A DNA stretch of 64,000 nucleotides, taken from positions 224,001 through 288,000 of the forward strand of contig CAXXTH010000017.1 in the NCBI GenBank assembly GCA_963668025.2, given 5' to 3'. A program made the position numbers and the translations under genes. The DNA comes from Candidatus Hydrogenedentota bacterium (GTDB lineage: Bacteria > Hydrogenedentota > Hydrogenedentia > Hydrogenedentales > SLHB01). The notes beneath the pieces are model-generated. The model made no database searches. It saw only the letters and a program-made list of their open reading frames with translations, and had not been told where the DNA came from. This document shows positions 10,172 to 18,938 of the stretch, piece by piece (the first letter of the stretch is position 1; each line of letters opens with the position of its first letter).

Positions 10172-11986
10172 TTAGCGTTCCTCTTCGTTGACGCTCAAGA
10201 GGGCCATGAACGCCTCCTGGGGCACCTCGACGTTGCCGACCTGCTTCATGCGGCGCTTGCCTTCCTTCTGTTTTTCGAGCAATTTGCGCTTGCGCGTGAT
10301 GTCGCCGCCGTAGCATTTCGCCGTAACGTTCTTGCGCACGGCCTTGACCGTTTCGCGCACGAGAATGCGGCTGCCGATGGCGGCTTGGATAGCCACCTCG
10401 AATTGCTGGCGCGGGATCAGCTTGCGCAGGCGCGTAGCCAGCGTCCGGCCCACCCATTCGGCCCGCTCGCGGTGTACGATGCACGACAGCGCGTCCACGG
10501 GATCGCCGTTCAACAAGATATCGAGCTTTACCAGGTGGCCCGGACGGTTGCCGATAATATGGTATTCGAGCGAGCCGTAGCCCCGCGTCAAGGTCTTCAA
10601 CTTGTCGTAAAAATCCAGCACGATCTCCGCCAGCGGCATTTGGTAAACCGCCATGCAGCGCTTGTTGTCGATATAATCCACCCGGACGTGAATGCCGCGT
10701 TTTTTCTTGCACAAGTCGATGACGGAACTCAGATATTCCGTGGGGCAGATGATCTCCGCCTCGATATACGGCTCCTCGATGCGCTCGATCTCGCCCGCGG
10801 GCGGCATCTTCGAGGCGTTCTCGATGACCCGTTCTTCTCCATCCGCCGTATACACCCGGTACGCCACATTCGGAACTGTGGTCACGAGCGTCAAGTTAAA
10901 TTCGCGTTCGAGGCGCTCCTGGATGATCTCCATGTGGAGCAATCCAAGGAAACCCAGGCGGAATCCCAGGCCCAATGCGTCCGAACTGTCGGCCTGGAAG
11001 ATGAATGAAGCATCGTTGAGCTGGAGCCGCTCGAGGGCGTCGCGCAATTCCTGGAAATCCGTCTCGACGGCGGGATACAGCCCGCAGAACACCACCGGCT
11101 GGACTTCCTTATATCCGGAAAGGCGGTCCATGGCGGGCTTGAGGGCGTCCGTGACCGTGTCGCCAACTTTCACGCTTTGAAGTGTGCGGATGCTGCAAAT
11201 CAAATAGCCCACTTCCCCCGCATCGAGCGCGTCCATGGGCCGCGCATCCGGGGTGAACGCCCCCAGCTCGGTCACTTCATATTTATCGCCCGTGGACATG
11301 AACAACACTTTCTGCCCGCGCACGGCGCGCCCTTCGACCACGCGTATATACACCACTACGCCCCGGTACGAGTCATATTTGGCGTCGAAAATGAGCGCGC
11401 GCAGCGGCGCTTCGCGCTCGCCCTTCGGTGGCGGAATGCGCTGCACGATGGCCTCGAGAATGTCTTGCGTGCCAATGCCTTCCTTGGCGCTGGTGAGAAT
11501 GGCGTGTTCGCTATCGAGGCCAATGACATCCTCGATCTGCTGCCGCGCCGAATCAATATCCGCGCCCGGCAGATCGATCTTGTTGATAACCGGAATGATC
11601 TCGAGGTTCTGCTCGATAGCCTTATAGGCATTGGCGAGGGTTTGAGCCTCGACGCCTTGCGCCGCATCCACTAGGAGCAGCGCGCCTTCGCACGCCGCCA
11701 GGCTGCGCGACACCTCGTAAGAGAAATCCACATGGCCGGGCGTATCGATCAAATTCAAGACATATTGCTGGCCATCGCTGGCGGTATAATCAAGGCGTAC
11801 GGCCACCGACTTTATGGTGATGCCGCGCTCGCGCTCGATATCCATGGTATCGAGCGTTTGCTCTTTCATATTCCGCTTGTCCACCGCGCCCGTACATTCC
11901 AGGAGCCGGTCCGCCAGCGTCGACTTGCCATGGTCGATATGGGCGATGATGCAGAAATTACGAATGTGATCTTGGGGCGTTGTCAT
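10172..11986 (-). CDS. lepA: Elongation factor 4 (LepA)
   Basis: [58 protein letters not shown]. Confidence 0.98.
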   Translation of the reverse strand: MTTPQDHIRNFCIIAHIDHGKSTLADRLLECTGAVDKRNMKEQTLDTMDIERERGITIKSVAVRLDYTASDGQQYVLNLIDTPGHVDFSYEVSRSLAACEGALLLVDAAQGVEAQTLANAYKAIEQNLEIIPVINKIDLPGADIDSARQQIEDVIGLDSEHAILTSAKEGIGTQDILEAIVQRIPPPKGEREAPLRALIFDAKYDSYRGVVVYIRVVEGRAVRGQKVLFMSTGDKYEVTELGAFTPDARPMDALDAGEVGYLICSIRTLQSVKVGDTVTDALKPAMDRLSGYKEVQPVVFCGLYPAVETDFQELRDALERLQLNDASFIFQADSSDALGLGFRLGFLGLLHMEIIQERLEREFNLTLVTTVPNVAYRVYTADGEERVIENASKMPPAGEIERIEEPYIEAEIICPTEYLSSVIDLCKKKRGIHVRVDYIDNKRCMAVYQMPLAEIVLDFYDKLKTLTRGYGSLEYHIIGNRPGHLVKLDILLNGDPVDALSCIVHRERAEWVGRTLATRLRKLIPRQQFEVAIQAAIGSRILVRETVKAVRKNVTAKCYGGDITRKRKLLEKQKEGKRRMKQVGNVEVPQEAFMALLSVNEEER

Positions 11987-12001
11987 ATTTATGTTGTTCT
12001 C

Positions 12002-12709
12002 TCAGCCGAATATTTGGTCAATGACGCGAAGGCTCCGAAATTCCGTATCAAGCTGGCGCGCGGCGAATCTCCGCACCATGGCGAACACGCGCCCAATATC
12101 GCCCGTATCGAGCGTGGGGCAGCCCCCACGGGCTTGCGCCAGCGCGCGCAGCGCCTCGTATTCACCGGGCCGGAACCGCACATCGCATGGCTCGCCTGCC
12201 GCCGTGGAGCCGTGGCTATACGCGAATCCGGCTGGCTCGCCGCCACATTCCATGGACGGCTCATATCCCGCCGTGGACAGAACCTGAAGGGCCATCCAGG
12301 CCGCATGGATTTGGACGCAACCGGTCCAGTTTTCCATGCCTTCCAAACCCGACGCCACGGCTTCATACAGTTCGTAGGCCGGTTCATTCTCCTGGGCCGC
12401 CTTATACGCCAGCTCCAGCGGAAACGCGGCGTACACCGCCTTCGCCAGCTCGCGCTTGACGCCCGGATACCCATCCAGCAGCGACGCCTCGCCAAGCTTT
12501 TGCACATTCCGCCCATCTTTCCAATAATAGATGATTTCCAGGCGGTTGAACGTGTCCAGCAGTGCAGCCATCGGGCTTTTCGGCTGCCGCGCGCCGAGGG
12601 CCATGCATGCCAATTTGCCGCGATCCGGGCAAAGAAACGTGACAATGCGGCTCGTTTCACTAAAATCCACGCCGCGCAGCACTACGGCCTCGGTCCGTTC
12701 TTGCGACAA
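12002..12709 (-). CDS. recO: DNA repair protein RecO
   Basis: TEAVVLRGVDFSETSRIVTF...GKL..MALGAR. TTG start at 12709 after AGGAGG. Confidence 0.88.
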   Translation of the reverse strand: MSQERTEAVVLRGVDFSETSRIVTFLCPDRGKLACMALGARQPKSPMAALLDTFNRLEIIYYWKDGRNVQKLGEASLLDGYPGVKRELAKAVYAAFPLELAYKAAQENEPAYELYEAVASGLEGMENWTGCVQIHAAWMALQVLSTAGYEPSMECGGEPAGFAYSHGSTAAGEPCDVRFRPGEYEALRALAQARGGCPTLDTGDIGRVFAMVRRFAARQLDTEFRSLRVIDQIFG

Positions 12710-12854
12710 TCCTGCCTCCTGCCGCTGGCGGCTGCTAAAAGCCGCTAAAGCATACCATTCCACGGCATATCAAGCAAGCGGAGCATCCAAGCAGGGCTTA
12801 CGCATCTAATAGTGCTCAAGAGTCGATTTATCCTGTTGTGCATGATTTTTTCTG

Positions 12855-13154
12855 TCAACGTGGCCTGGGATTTTTCGCTTGGGGGAAGGTCTTTGCGCGC
12901 TCACGGCGGGTTTGCTTGACGACTTCGTCCACGTAGCGTTCAGCCAGCTTCATGAAAGCCTGGTAGCCATTGATGGCCTCTTTTAGGAACTCGGTTTCGC
13001 GCGCCGGCACATAGCGAACCACGTTCTTCTCGTTCTCCCAGCTCTGGTGGTTAAAGTGGGGACGCCCGCCCATTTGACAGAGCTTTCCGCGCTCCATCCG
13101 CTCAATCTGCGCCATGCGCTCCAGCAATGCTTGCATCTTTTTGGTGTGCTTCAT
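12855..13154 (-). CDS. IS-internal small basic protein, DUF6788-like, divergent from the transposase
   Basis: IERMERGKL...HQSWENEKNVVRYVP...INGYQAFMKL..RYVD. Identical protein in copy 2. Confidence 0.7.
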   Translation of the reverse strand: MKHTKKMQALLERMAQIERMERGKLCQMGGRPHFNHQSWENEKNVVRYVPARETEFLKEAINGYQAFMKLAERYVDEVVKQTRRERAKTFPQAKNPRPR

Positions 13155-13191
13155 GGATTTTAATATATAGAATTCTATATACTAGAGTCAA
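13155..13191 (-). promoter_or_regulatory. Leaderless sigma70-type promoter with palindromic operator
   Basis: On the minus strand: TTGACT-18 nt-TATATT-7 nt-ATG. Perfect 18-bp palindrome tatatagaattctatata at 13164-13181. Confidence 0.6.
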
Positions 13192-13225
13192 CAGTGCTTC
13201 GGCGCATGAATGAAAGGAGCACCCC

Positions 13226-14383
13226 ATGACCGCTGAAAAGAAATCCCTGCCCAAGCCCAAGCCTATTATCGAGTGTTTCGCGGGCCTGCCTGATCCCCGC
13301 ATGGACCGGACCCGCAGGCACAACTTCATTGACATCTTGGTGATTGGGCTATGCTCAGCCCTCGTGGGCGGAGAGAGCTTTTCGGATATGGAGCGCTTCG
13401 GCCGGCTCCGGGAGGATTGGCTGAAGGGCTTCCTGGAATTGCCCGGCGGCATCCCCTCGCACGACACCTTCAACCGGGTCTTTTCCGCCCTCGACCCCCA
13501 TGCCTTTCTGGAATGCTTCGGCCAATGGGTGCAGGGCATTTGCCCCAATCTGAGCGATGAGGTCGCCGCCATTGACGGCAAAGCCCTGCGGCGCGCCTTG
13601 AATCAGGGGGAGGCCATCCCCTACATCGTCAGCGCATGGGCTTGCGAGCACGGCCTGGCGCTGGGGCAGGTCAAGGTGGACGAGAAATCCAACGAAATCA
13701 CCGCCGTCCCCAAACTCCTCAACGCCTTAAAGCTCAAGGGAGCCATCGTCACCCTGGACGCCATGGGCTGCCAGAAGGATATCGCCTCCCACATTATCCA
13801 ACGGCAGGCCGACTACGTGCTGGCCCTCAAAGGCAACCACGCCACCGCCCTAGAAGAAGTGAAGGCCTTTTTCAAGGACGCCGTTCCCCCTTGCGCCACC
13901 CAGTGCGCGCCAACAGCCGACGCCACACGGATGGATTTCCACCAGACCATCGACAAGGGGCATGGCCGCATCGAAACCCGCCGATACTGGCAATCCACCG
14001 ACTTGGGCTGGTTCGAGGACAAAGGACTTTGGAAGGGCCTCAAGAGTTTCGGCATGGTCGAGTCCATCCGCAAGGAAAAAGGGAAGAACACCATCGAGCG
14101 GCGCTACTACTTGAGCAGCCTGCTCCTCGACGCACGACGATTCGCCCACGCCGTGCGTGGACACTGGGGCGTGGAAAACAATTTGCACTGGTGCCTAGAC
14201 ATTATCTTTCGCGAAGACGACAACCGCGCCCGAACAAGAAACGCCGCCCAGAATCTCGCCTCCTTGAGGAGAATTACACTCAACCTCCTCAAGAAAGACA
14301 AGACCAACAAAGATTTCCTCAGGGGCAAGCGCTTCGCTGCTGCACTCGACCCCGAATACCTTCTACGTTTACTGGGAATTTAG
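13226..14383 (+). CDS. ISAs1-family transposase
   Basis: LPDPR, GIPSHDTF, AIDGK, KSNEI, TLDAMGCQ, YVLALKGN, GHGRIETR, RGHWGVEN. Confidence 0.97.
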   Translation: MTAEKKSLPKPKPIIECFAGLPDPRMDRTRRHNFIDILVIGLCSALVGGESFSDMERFGRLREDWLKGFLELPGGIPSHDTFNRVFSALDPHAFLECFGQWVQGICPNLSDEVAAIDGKALRRALNQGEAIPYIVSAWACEHGLALGQVKVDEKSNEITAVPKLLNALKLKGAIVTLDAMGCQKDIASHIIQRQADYVLALKGNHATALEEVKAFFKDAVPPCATQCAPTADATRMDFHQTIDKGHGRIETRRYWQSTDLGWFEDKGLWKGLKSFGMVESIRKEKGKNTIERRYYLSSLLLDARRFAHAVRGHWGVENNLHWCLDIIFREDDNRARTRNAAQNLASLRRITLNLLKKDKTNKDFLRGKRFAAALDPEYLLRLLGI

Positions 14384-14579
14384 ATGCGTAAGCCCTGAGC
14401 ATCCAAGGTGCAGCGGTGAAGAATAGCGGCGCCCCAGGGTCAGGCGTTGAGGTGATGCGGGTTAGACGGGGGGTGGCGAGGCCGACAGGCGACAGGAGGG
14501 GCAGCGGCTGTGCGTAAAGCCGGTGAATGGATGGGCGAGACGTGTAGGGCGGCGGCGCAACCGGGAACGCGCGGGCGCC

Positions 14580-16016
14580 CTATGCGGAACTGAAGCGGAT
14601 CTGGATGGCCTCGGTGCAGAGGGCGTCATATTGTTCGCGGGACAGGGTGGCGTTGCGCAGGGCTTCGAGGAGGCGATGGGCAAGGTTTCTGGCGGAGCCA
14701 AAGCCTTTTGGAAAGTGGGCGGCCAGAAGGCTGCCATCCTCCAGGAGTTGCATGAGCAGATGGGCTATCTGCATCAAGAGGTAGTAGATCTTGCTGGCCT
14801 GTTCGTTTTGGGTATAGGCGTGTTCGAGGTTGTAGCCGCCGTTTTTCTGCACGTTGAATGCTTCATTTTCAATCTTCCAGCGTAAGCGTCCTCCTTCATT
14901 GGCCAAGGCGGCCGCATTGTGCGCGGATACGGATACGTTGGTCACCCATTTGAACTTGGTTTTCTTTATCATGCCTTCCGCGTCCGGGCGGGTGTCCACG
15001 CATTCGAGCACGGACAGGATGTGTTCACGCCGCTCGGAATCGCGGTAGGGGATGTCGTTGACCCAGCGAAACTGCTGGTGGATTTCCTTCTTGTTGCCGC
15101 AACGCCACGTAAGCTGGTTTTCGGGCGTCGCGGCCGCGAGGCTCTCGAATTCTTCGTTCACGGTGGCCAATTGGCCGTCCGTGAGCGTAATCATGAACTT
15201 CCAGCCATATTGCTGGCACAGCCGAAACACCGGTCCCGTGGCGTACAGGCCGTCCATCGCCAACAGCAGCGGCAAGCGGGGGAATCGGGCATGCAGGCGT
15301 GGGGCCAGCCGGTAGAAGGCTTTGGTCTCGCAATCCTGCTTGCGTTGTTGCTCGCTTTTCGCCAGGTCTTTCTCTGGATTCTCAATGAACTCCGTCATGA
15401 GCGAAAAGACCCACCCGTTTGGCGTGACGATCTTGGACTCCAGCACGGGATGGTAGTAGGTGATCTTGCCGCTCTTGTGCTTGCGCGTGAGGCAATGGGC
15501 GCAGTGGCGATGATCATAACTGCGTGTCCCCGTGGCGTCGATGGCCGCCACGTAGTAGCGCCCGAACAGGCGGTGGGGGTACAACACCTTCTTGTCGATG
15601 AGCGTCTGCGTCATGCCGGAAACGAGTTCCTGGACCGCCTCGAACGGCAAACCGCGAAATACCCCGTTCATCGTATCGCCATGCGGCACGCTGTCCACGT
15701 CAAACAAGACCTTGTACAGATGGACCATGAACGTCGTGTACAACTGCAGGCGGACTTGCCGGCGCGCCCCGAGCCGGCATGCGAACATCAGCACTCCCAA
15801 GAACACCAGCGACGCGACACTGTAGTCCACGTCGCCGGCTTGCTCGGGTTTGCGGGGATCGGGCAAGCCCGCAAAGCGCTTGCGCACCGGGCCAAAGAAG
15901 TGGGTGAACGTCCTCAAGAAGGCCCGGATGATTTCCGGATGCTCTTCTTGCGGGTTTGCAGGAACTGCCGTTGGGCCGCGCCCATGGCCTCGACGAGCTT
16001 CTTGAGCTTTTTCCAT
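14580..16016 (-). CDS. DDE transposase
   Basis: LPDPR, PHGDT, AIDATG, KQDCE.KA, DGLYA, GRLRWKIENE.FN.QK motifs. Start uncertain. Confidence 0.88.
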   Translation of the reverse strand: MEKAQEARRGHGRGPTAVPANPQEEHPEIIRAFLRTFTHFFGPVRKRFAGLPDPRKPEQAGDVDYSVASLVFLGVLMFACRLGARRQVRLQLYTTFMVHLYKVLFDVDSVPHGDTMNGVFRGLPFEAVQELVSGMTQTLIDKKVLYPHRLFGRYYVAAIDATGTRSYDHRHCAHCLTRKHKSGKITYYHPVLESKIVTPNGWVFSLMTEFIENPEKDLAKSEQQRKQDCETKAFYRLAPRLHARFPRLPLLLAMDGLYATGPVFRLCQQYGWKFMITLTDGQLATVNEEFESLAAATPENQLTWRCGNKKEIHQQFRWVNDIPYRDSERREHILSVLECVDTRPDAEGMIKKTKFKWVTNVSVSAHNAAALANEGGRLRWKIENEAFNVQKNGGYNLEHAYTQNEQASKIYYLLMQIAHLLMQLLEDGSLLAAHFPKGFGSARNLAHRLLEALRNATLSREQYDALCTEAIQIRFSSA

Positions 16017-16261
16017 TCCTCAATCCATTGCGCCACTTCGCGGCGCAATTCACGGGGCACGTGGAGGGTGCGGGTCTTCCCGCCCTCCTTCCACGTCAGC
16101 AGGGCCGTTTCATGGATCGGCCCTTCCTGGACGCACCGGCAGCGCGGGTTCCCGCAGCGGCTGCGGGTGATGGTGAGCGTGGCGGGAAGAAAGGGCCCCA
16201 GACGCGCCAGGCGCGCCTGGACCTTGCGTCCCGCCGAGTTCGTGACAGGTTTCCCTTCCAT
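15914..16261 (-). CDS. DUF6788-like small protein overlapping the transposase 5' end
   Basis: RCGNPRCRC...H...LTWKEGGKTRTLHVP followed by a coiled-coil tail. Confidence 0.8.
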   Translation of the reverse strand: MEGKPVTNSAGRKVQARLARLGPFLPATLTITRSRCGNPRCRCVQEGPIHETALLTWKEGGKTRTLHVPRELRREVAQWIEEWKKLKKLVEAMGAAQRQFLQTRKKSIRKSSGPS

Positions 16262-16297
16262 GTACGGAAGTATATATACTTCCGTACCAGAAGTCAA
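16262..16297 (-). promoter_or_regulatory. Leaderless sigma70-type promoter with 26-bp perfect palindrome
   Basis: On the minus strand: TTGACT-17 nt-TATACT-7 nt-ATG. Palindrome gtacggaagtatatatacttccgtac at 16262-16287. Confidence 0.7.
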
Positions 16298-16551
16298 CAA
16301 AAAAAAGCGCCGATGCGAAGAAAAAACTCCCCGCACCGGCGCATCCTCAACTCATTCAACTGCTTCTACGCGAAAAAAAAGCGGTTCTTCACCGCTGTCC
16401 AAGGTGGGGGAACCGCAGCAACTATTTTGGGCATGGTTCGTGGATGCGCCCATTCGAGATAGTGGTTAGGATATCTGGTTAGGATATAATCATTAGCCAT
16501 GTCATGCGCGTTTATTGATGATTTTCGGCCGAACTTGCTTTGCTGAAGCTC

Positions 16552-16627
16552 TCTCTGTGGTCCTCCGTGGCCTCTGTGGTGAAGAATCCGGAATTTTCAC
16601 CACAGAGGCCACAGAGGACCACGGAGA
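16552..16627. repeat. Inverted pair of 9/10-mer tandem repeats (ccacagagg)
   Basis: 32-bp arms with 2 mismatches around a 12-bp spacer. Confidence 0.8.
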
Positions 16628-16704
16628 AATCCGTACCAACGTTTTTCCGTTCCTCAAAACATGCTGTACCGAAGTGGCAAATCATCTGGTTTTTCCACCA
16701 CTAA

Positions 16705-16826
16705 GGAGGCGCGTCAAAATAACTTGACTATTTTTTCGCATTCAACGCAATTTTCATGGCGATAGGAATTACCGCTTCCTTTCCGAGTGGTGGGAGAAAA
16801 TCGGTAAGTTATTTTGACGCGACTCC
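16705..16826. mobile_element. 122-bp MITE (ISAzo13-like ends)
   Basis: Inverted ends ggaggcgcgtcaaaataactt / aagttattttgacgcgactcc (20/21). TAA duplicated on both sides. Family label is tentative. Confidence 0.8.
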
Positions 16827-16967
16827 TAAGACACAAGGGGTGAACTGCGCGTTGCTCGCTTCCACCTTCAGATTACCCTATACAATGAATTCCCGTGAGC
16901 TTCTTCGCGCCCTCGCGCCTTCGCGTGAATAATTGCTTAACCTCATGGGCCGCTTCAGACGGAGTTC

Positions 16968-17438
16968 TTACGTTTGCCGCTGACGCTCACGTAGCGCGTT
17001 CTGATGTTCGATATACCGCGCCCCGGGGCGCAGGAGGCCTTCCGCCAATACAATCGCATAGAGCACGGTCAGGATGTCGCACGCTATGCCCGCACGGACC
17101 GAGGACAGGTCTTTCAGCGTCGCCAGCATCTGCATCATTCCAATGATGGTTCCCAGCGCGCCCGCCGCGTAAGCCGGCGGAATGAGGCCGCGCAAAACCC
17201 GGGCCTGCCTGCCGCCGAGGGTCTCATCCGGCACACGCACCACGAAAACCCGGAGCGCCCACAGTCCGTCCCAGAGATCCTTGAAACCGAAGGCCATCAA
17301 TCCCGCGCCGAGGGTCAGCCCGGCGACGATGATGGCGGAAGGCATATCGACGAATGTATCGGGCGCCCCTCCCATGATCGCCGCAAGAACGAGAAGGCCA
17401 AAGAAACACCCCAAACCGATAATTCCGGAAATGTTCAT
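16968..17438 (-). CDS. Short MotA/TolQ/ExbB-like membrane protein
   Basis: FVDMPSAIIV.G.T and AGALGTIIGMMQML..L.D motifs of MotA transmembrane segments. Confidence 0.7.
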   Translation of the reverse strand: MNISGIIGLGCFFGLLVLAAIMGGAPDTFVDMPSAIIVAGLTLGAGLMAFGFKDLWDGLWALRVFVVRVPDETLGGRQARVLRGLIPPAYAAGALGTIIGMMQMLATLKDLSSVRAGIACDILTVLYAIVLAEGLLRPGARYIEHQNALRERQRQT

Positions 17439-17453
17439 CGCTTTCCCCTTTCT

Positions 17454-17505
17454 GTAACACTTTAGCCATCTGGAGCAAAAACATTGGGCAGATTTTTTAA
17501 ACCGC
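17454..17505 (+). repeat. GTAACACTTTAGCC MITE end
   Basis: First 27 bp identical to 1855-1881. Confidence 0.75.
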
Positions 17506-17664
17506 GCATACGCATAGATGTGAATCAAAAAAAACAGCCGGGCGAGCATTTGCTCAGCGGAGCGCGTCGGCAGTTCTCCCAAGCGCACCTATATAGTGCC
17601 ATAAAATGGCCAGCTCATTAATTGATGCCGTCATCCGCACTAAACACGCATGTGCCAGGCGAAC

Positions 17665-18081
17665 TCAATCGCATCGCGGACAGGGGCCGCAGGGCTGAAT
17701 ATGCCCGGGAGTGATTTGGATTGAGATATGGCCTTCGATGCGGGTCGCATCGCCCTCTAGCGCGATGCTGGCGGCGAGGCAAGGGTCATCCGGGCCTCCC
17801 GGCTCGCGCCCCATATACACGCGCAACGCGGACTGGACCGCCGCGAAGTGTTTCTGGACCAGGAATTCTTCGAGAGGCGAACACGGGGAATGGGCCTCGA
17901 TATACGCATCCGGGCGCATGCCGAGAATGTCTTCGAGGGTGCGCCCGGCAAGGTGCGCCTGCAACAGGGAAGGCTCTCCCACGCTGCGCCCGCATGTTTG
18001 TTTATGCAAGGCATACCGCATGAGCCGTTCTTCCGCGTCGAGCCAGATTTCAACTATTTCTGTAACATCCATGCAAGGCAT
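17665..18081 (-). CDS. Hypothetical Cys-rich protein
   Basis: MPCMDVTE start after GAGG. Cys residues in TCG and a terminal CGPCPRC. Confidence 0.6.
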   Translation of the reverse strand: MPCMDVTEIVEIWLDAEERLMRYALHKQTCGRSVGEPSLLQAHLAGRTLEDILGMRPDAYIEAHSPCSPLEEFLVQKHFAAVQSALRVYMGREPGGPDDPCLAASIALEGDATRIEGHISIQITPGHIQPCGPCPRCD

Positions 18082-18457
18082 GGCCACCTCTTGCGTGTGA
18101 GGATTTTGCCCAGTAAAAAAACTTGCCCACTTCGATGGCCGCCCCGCTTCGCTCCCTATCATGGCGGCAACCACATCCCGATACTACTAGCTGTTGTGAT
18201 GCCCAAGCAAATGAAAATCAATCCAATGAGGTAATGCGTACATATCATAAAATGCGCGCACAGCGTATACGTGATGAACAATAATTAAAATGCGATGTAT
18301 TCTATTTTAGCCAAATACGCGAATAAAGGCAAAATGGGATTACTCCGCTAAATATCCTGTTTTTATAATTTAATGATGGATATTTTGCGGTCTCTTCGGA
18401 TATAATTAATATGAGAAGTTAACGAGCGCCGTATAATACGGAGCAAGAGACAGAACC

Positions 18458-18829
18458 GTGAACGCGAAACAGAAGCCAAAAATCCTCGTGGTGGATGATG
18501 AAGAAAACATCCGTACCGCCGTCAGCCGCTGGTTTGACACAAATGGATTTGAGGTGGATGCCGCCGAAGATGGCTTGGCCGCGCTGGAGAAATGCCAGCA
18601 TGCCGACTACGATATGTTGCTCATGGACCTCGAGATGCCGCGAATGGGCGGCAAAGACGCCCTCAAGGCCATTCGAAACAAAAAGCCCAGCCAGCGATTC
18701 ATTGTGGTGACAGGTTTTTCGAGCGAAGTGGATGATCCAGTCATGCGGGATGCTTCTGTCGTGCTTCTCAAGCCGATAAGCCTTGCATTGCTGGAAAAAG
18801 AAGTCCGAAAAGCCTTGAGCTTGCGGTAG
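18458..18829 (+). CDS. Single-domain response regulator (CheY-like)
   Basis: ILVVDDE, MDLEMPRMGG, VTG, LLKP. Confidence 0.92.
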   Translation: MNAKQKPKILVVDDEENIRTAVSRWFDTNGFEVDAAEDGLAALEKCQHADYDMLLMDLEMPRMGGKDALKAIRNKKPSQRFIVVTGFSSEVDDPVMRDASVVLLKPISLALLEKEVRKALSLR

Positions 18830-18938
18830 CCTCCATTAATAACGTGTGTATGATACGGCCAATCGCACGCGCGCAGCAGCCAGGGGCAATTACGTGAGAT
18901 CAGCAGGCGCTCCCCAAACAAAGGATACCCCTGCCGTA

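Larger units (their letters stand above)
12792..14397 (+). mobile_element. ISAs1-family insertion sequence (1606 bp), copy 1
   Basis: 18-bp terminal inverted repeats cagggcttacgcatctaa. Perfect 10-bp target duplication AGCATCCAAG at 12782-12791 and 14398-14407. Confidence 0.95.
14411..16397 (-). mobile_element. Two-gene DDE insertion sequence (1987 bp; ISAs1-related/unclassified)
   Basis: 13-bp inverted repeats cagcggtgaagaa (14411-14423, 16385-16397). 9-bp target duplication TCCAAGGTG at 14402-14410 and 16398-16406. Confidence 0.9.

Noticed and set aside
13636-14391. 251-aa alternative-frame ORF in both ISAs1 copies
   Set aside because: Arg/Pro-rich off-frame product of GC-rich codons, conserved only because the copies are near-identical.
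14919-16469. 516-aa plus-strand ORF
   Set aside because: Antisense shadow of the transposase and DUF6788-like genes, with no motifs.
16552-16627. Short repeats as a CRISPR array (also 37704-37838 and 61754-61864)
   Set aside because: Units are 7-10 bp, tandem and inverted, with no unique spacers and no cas genes.
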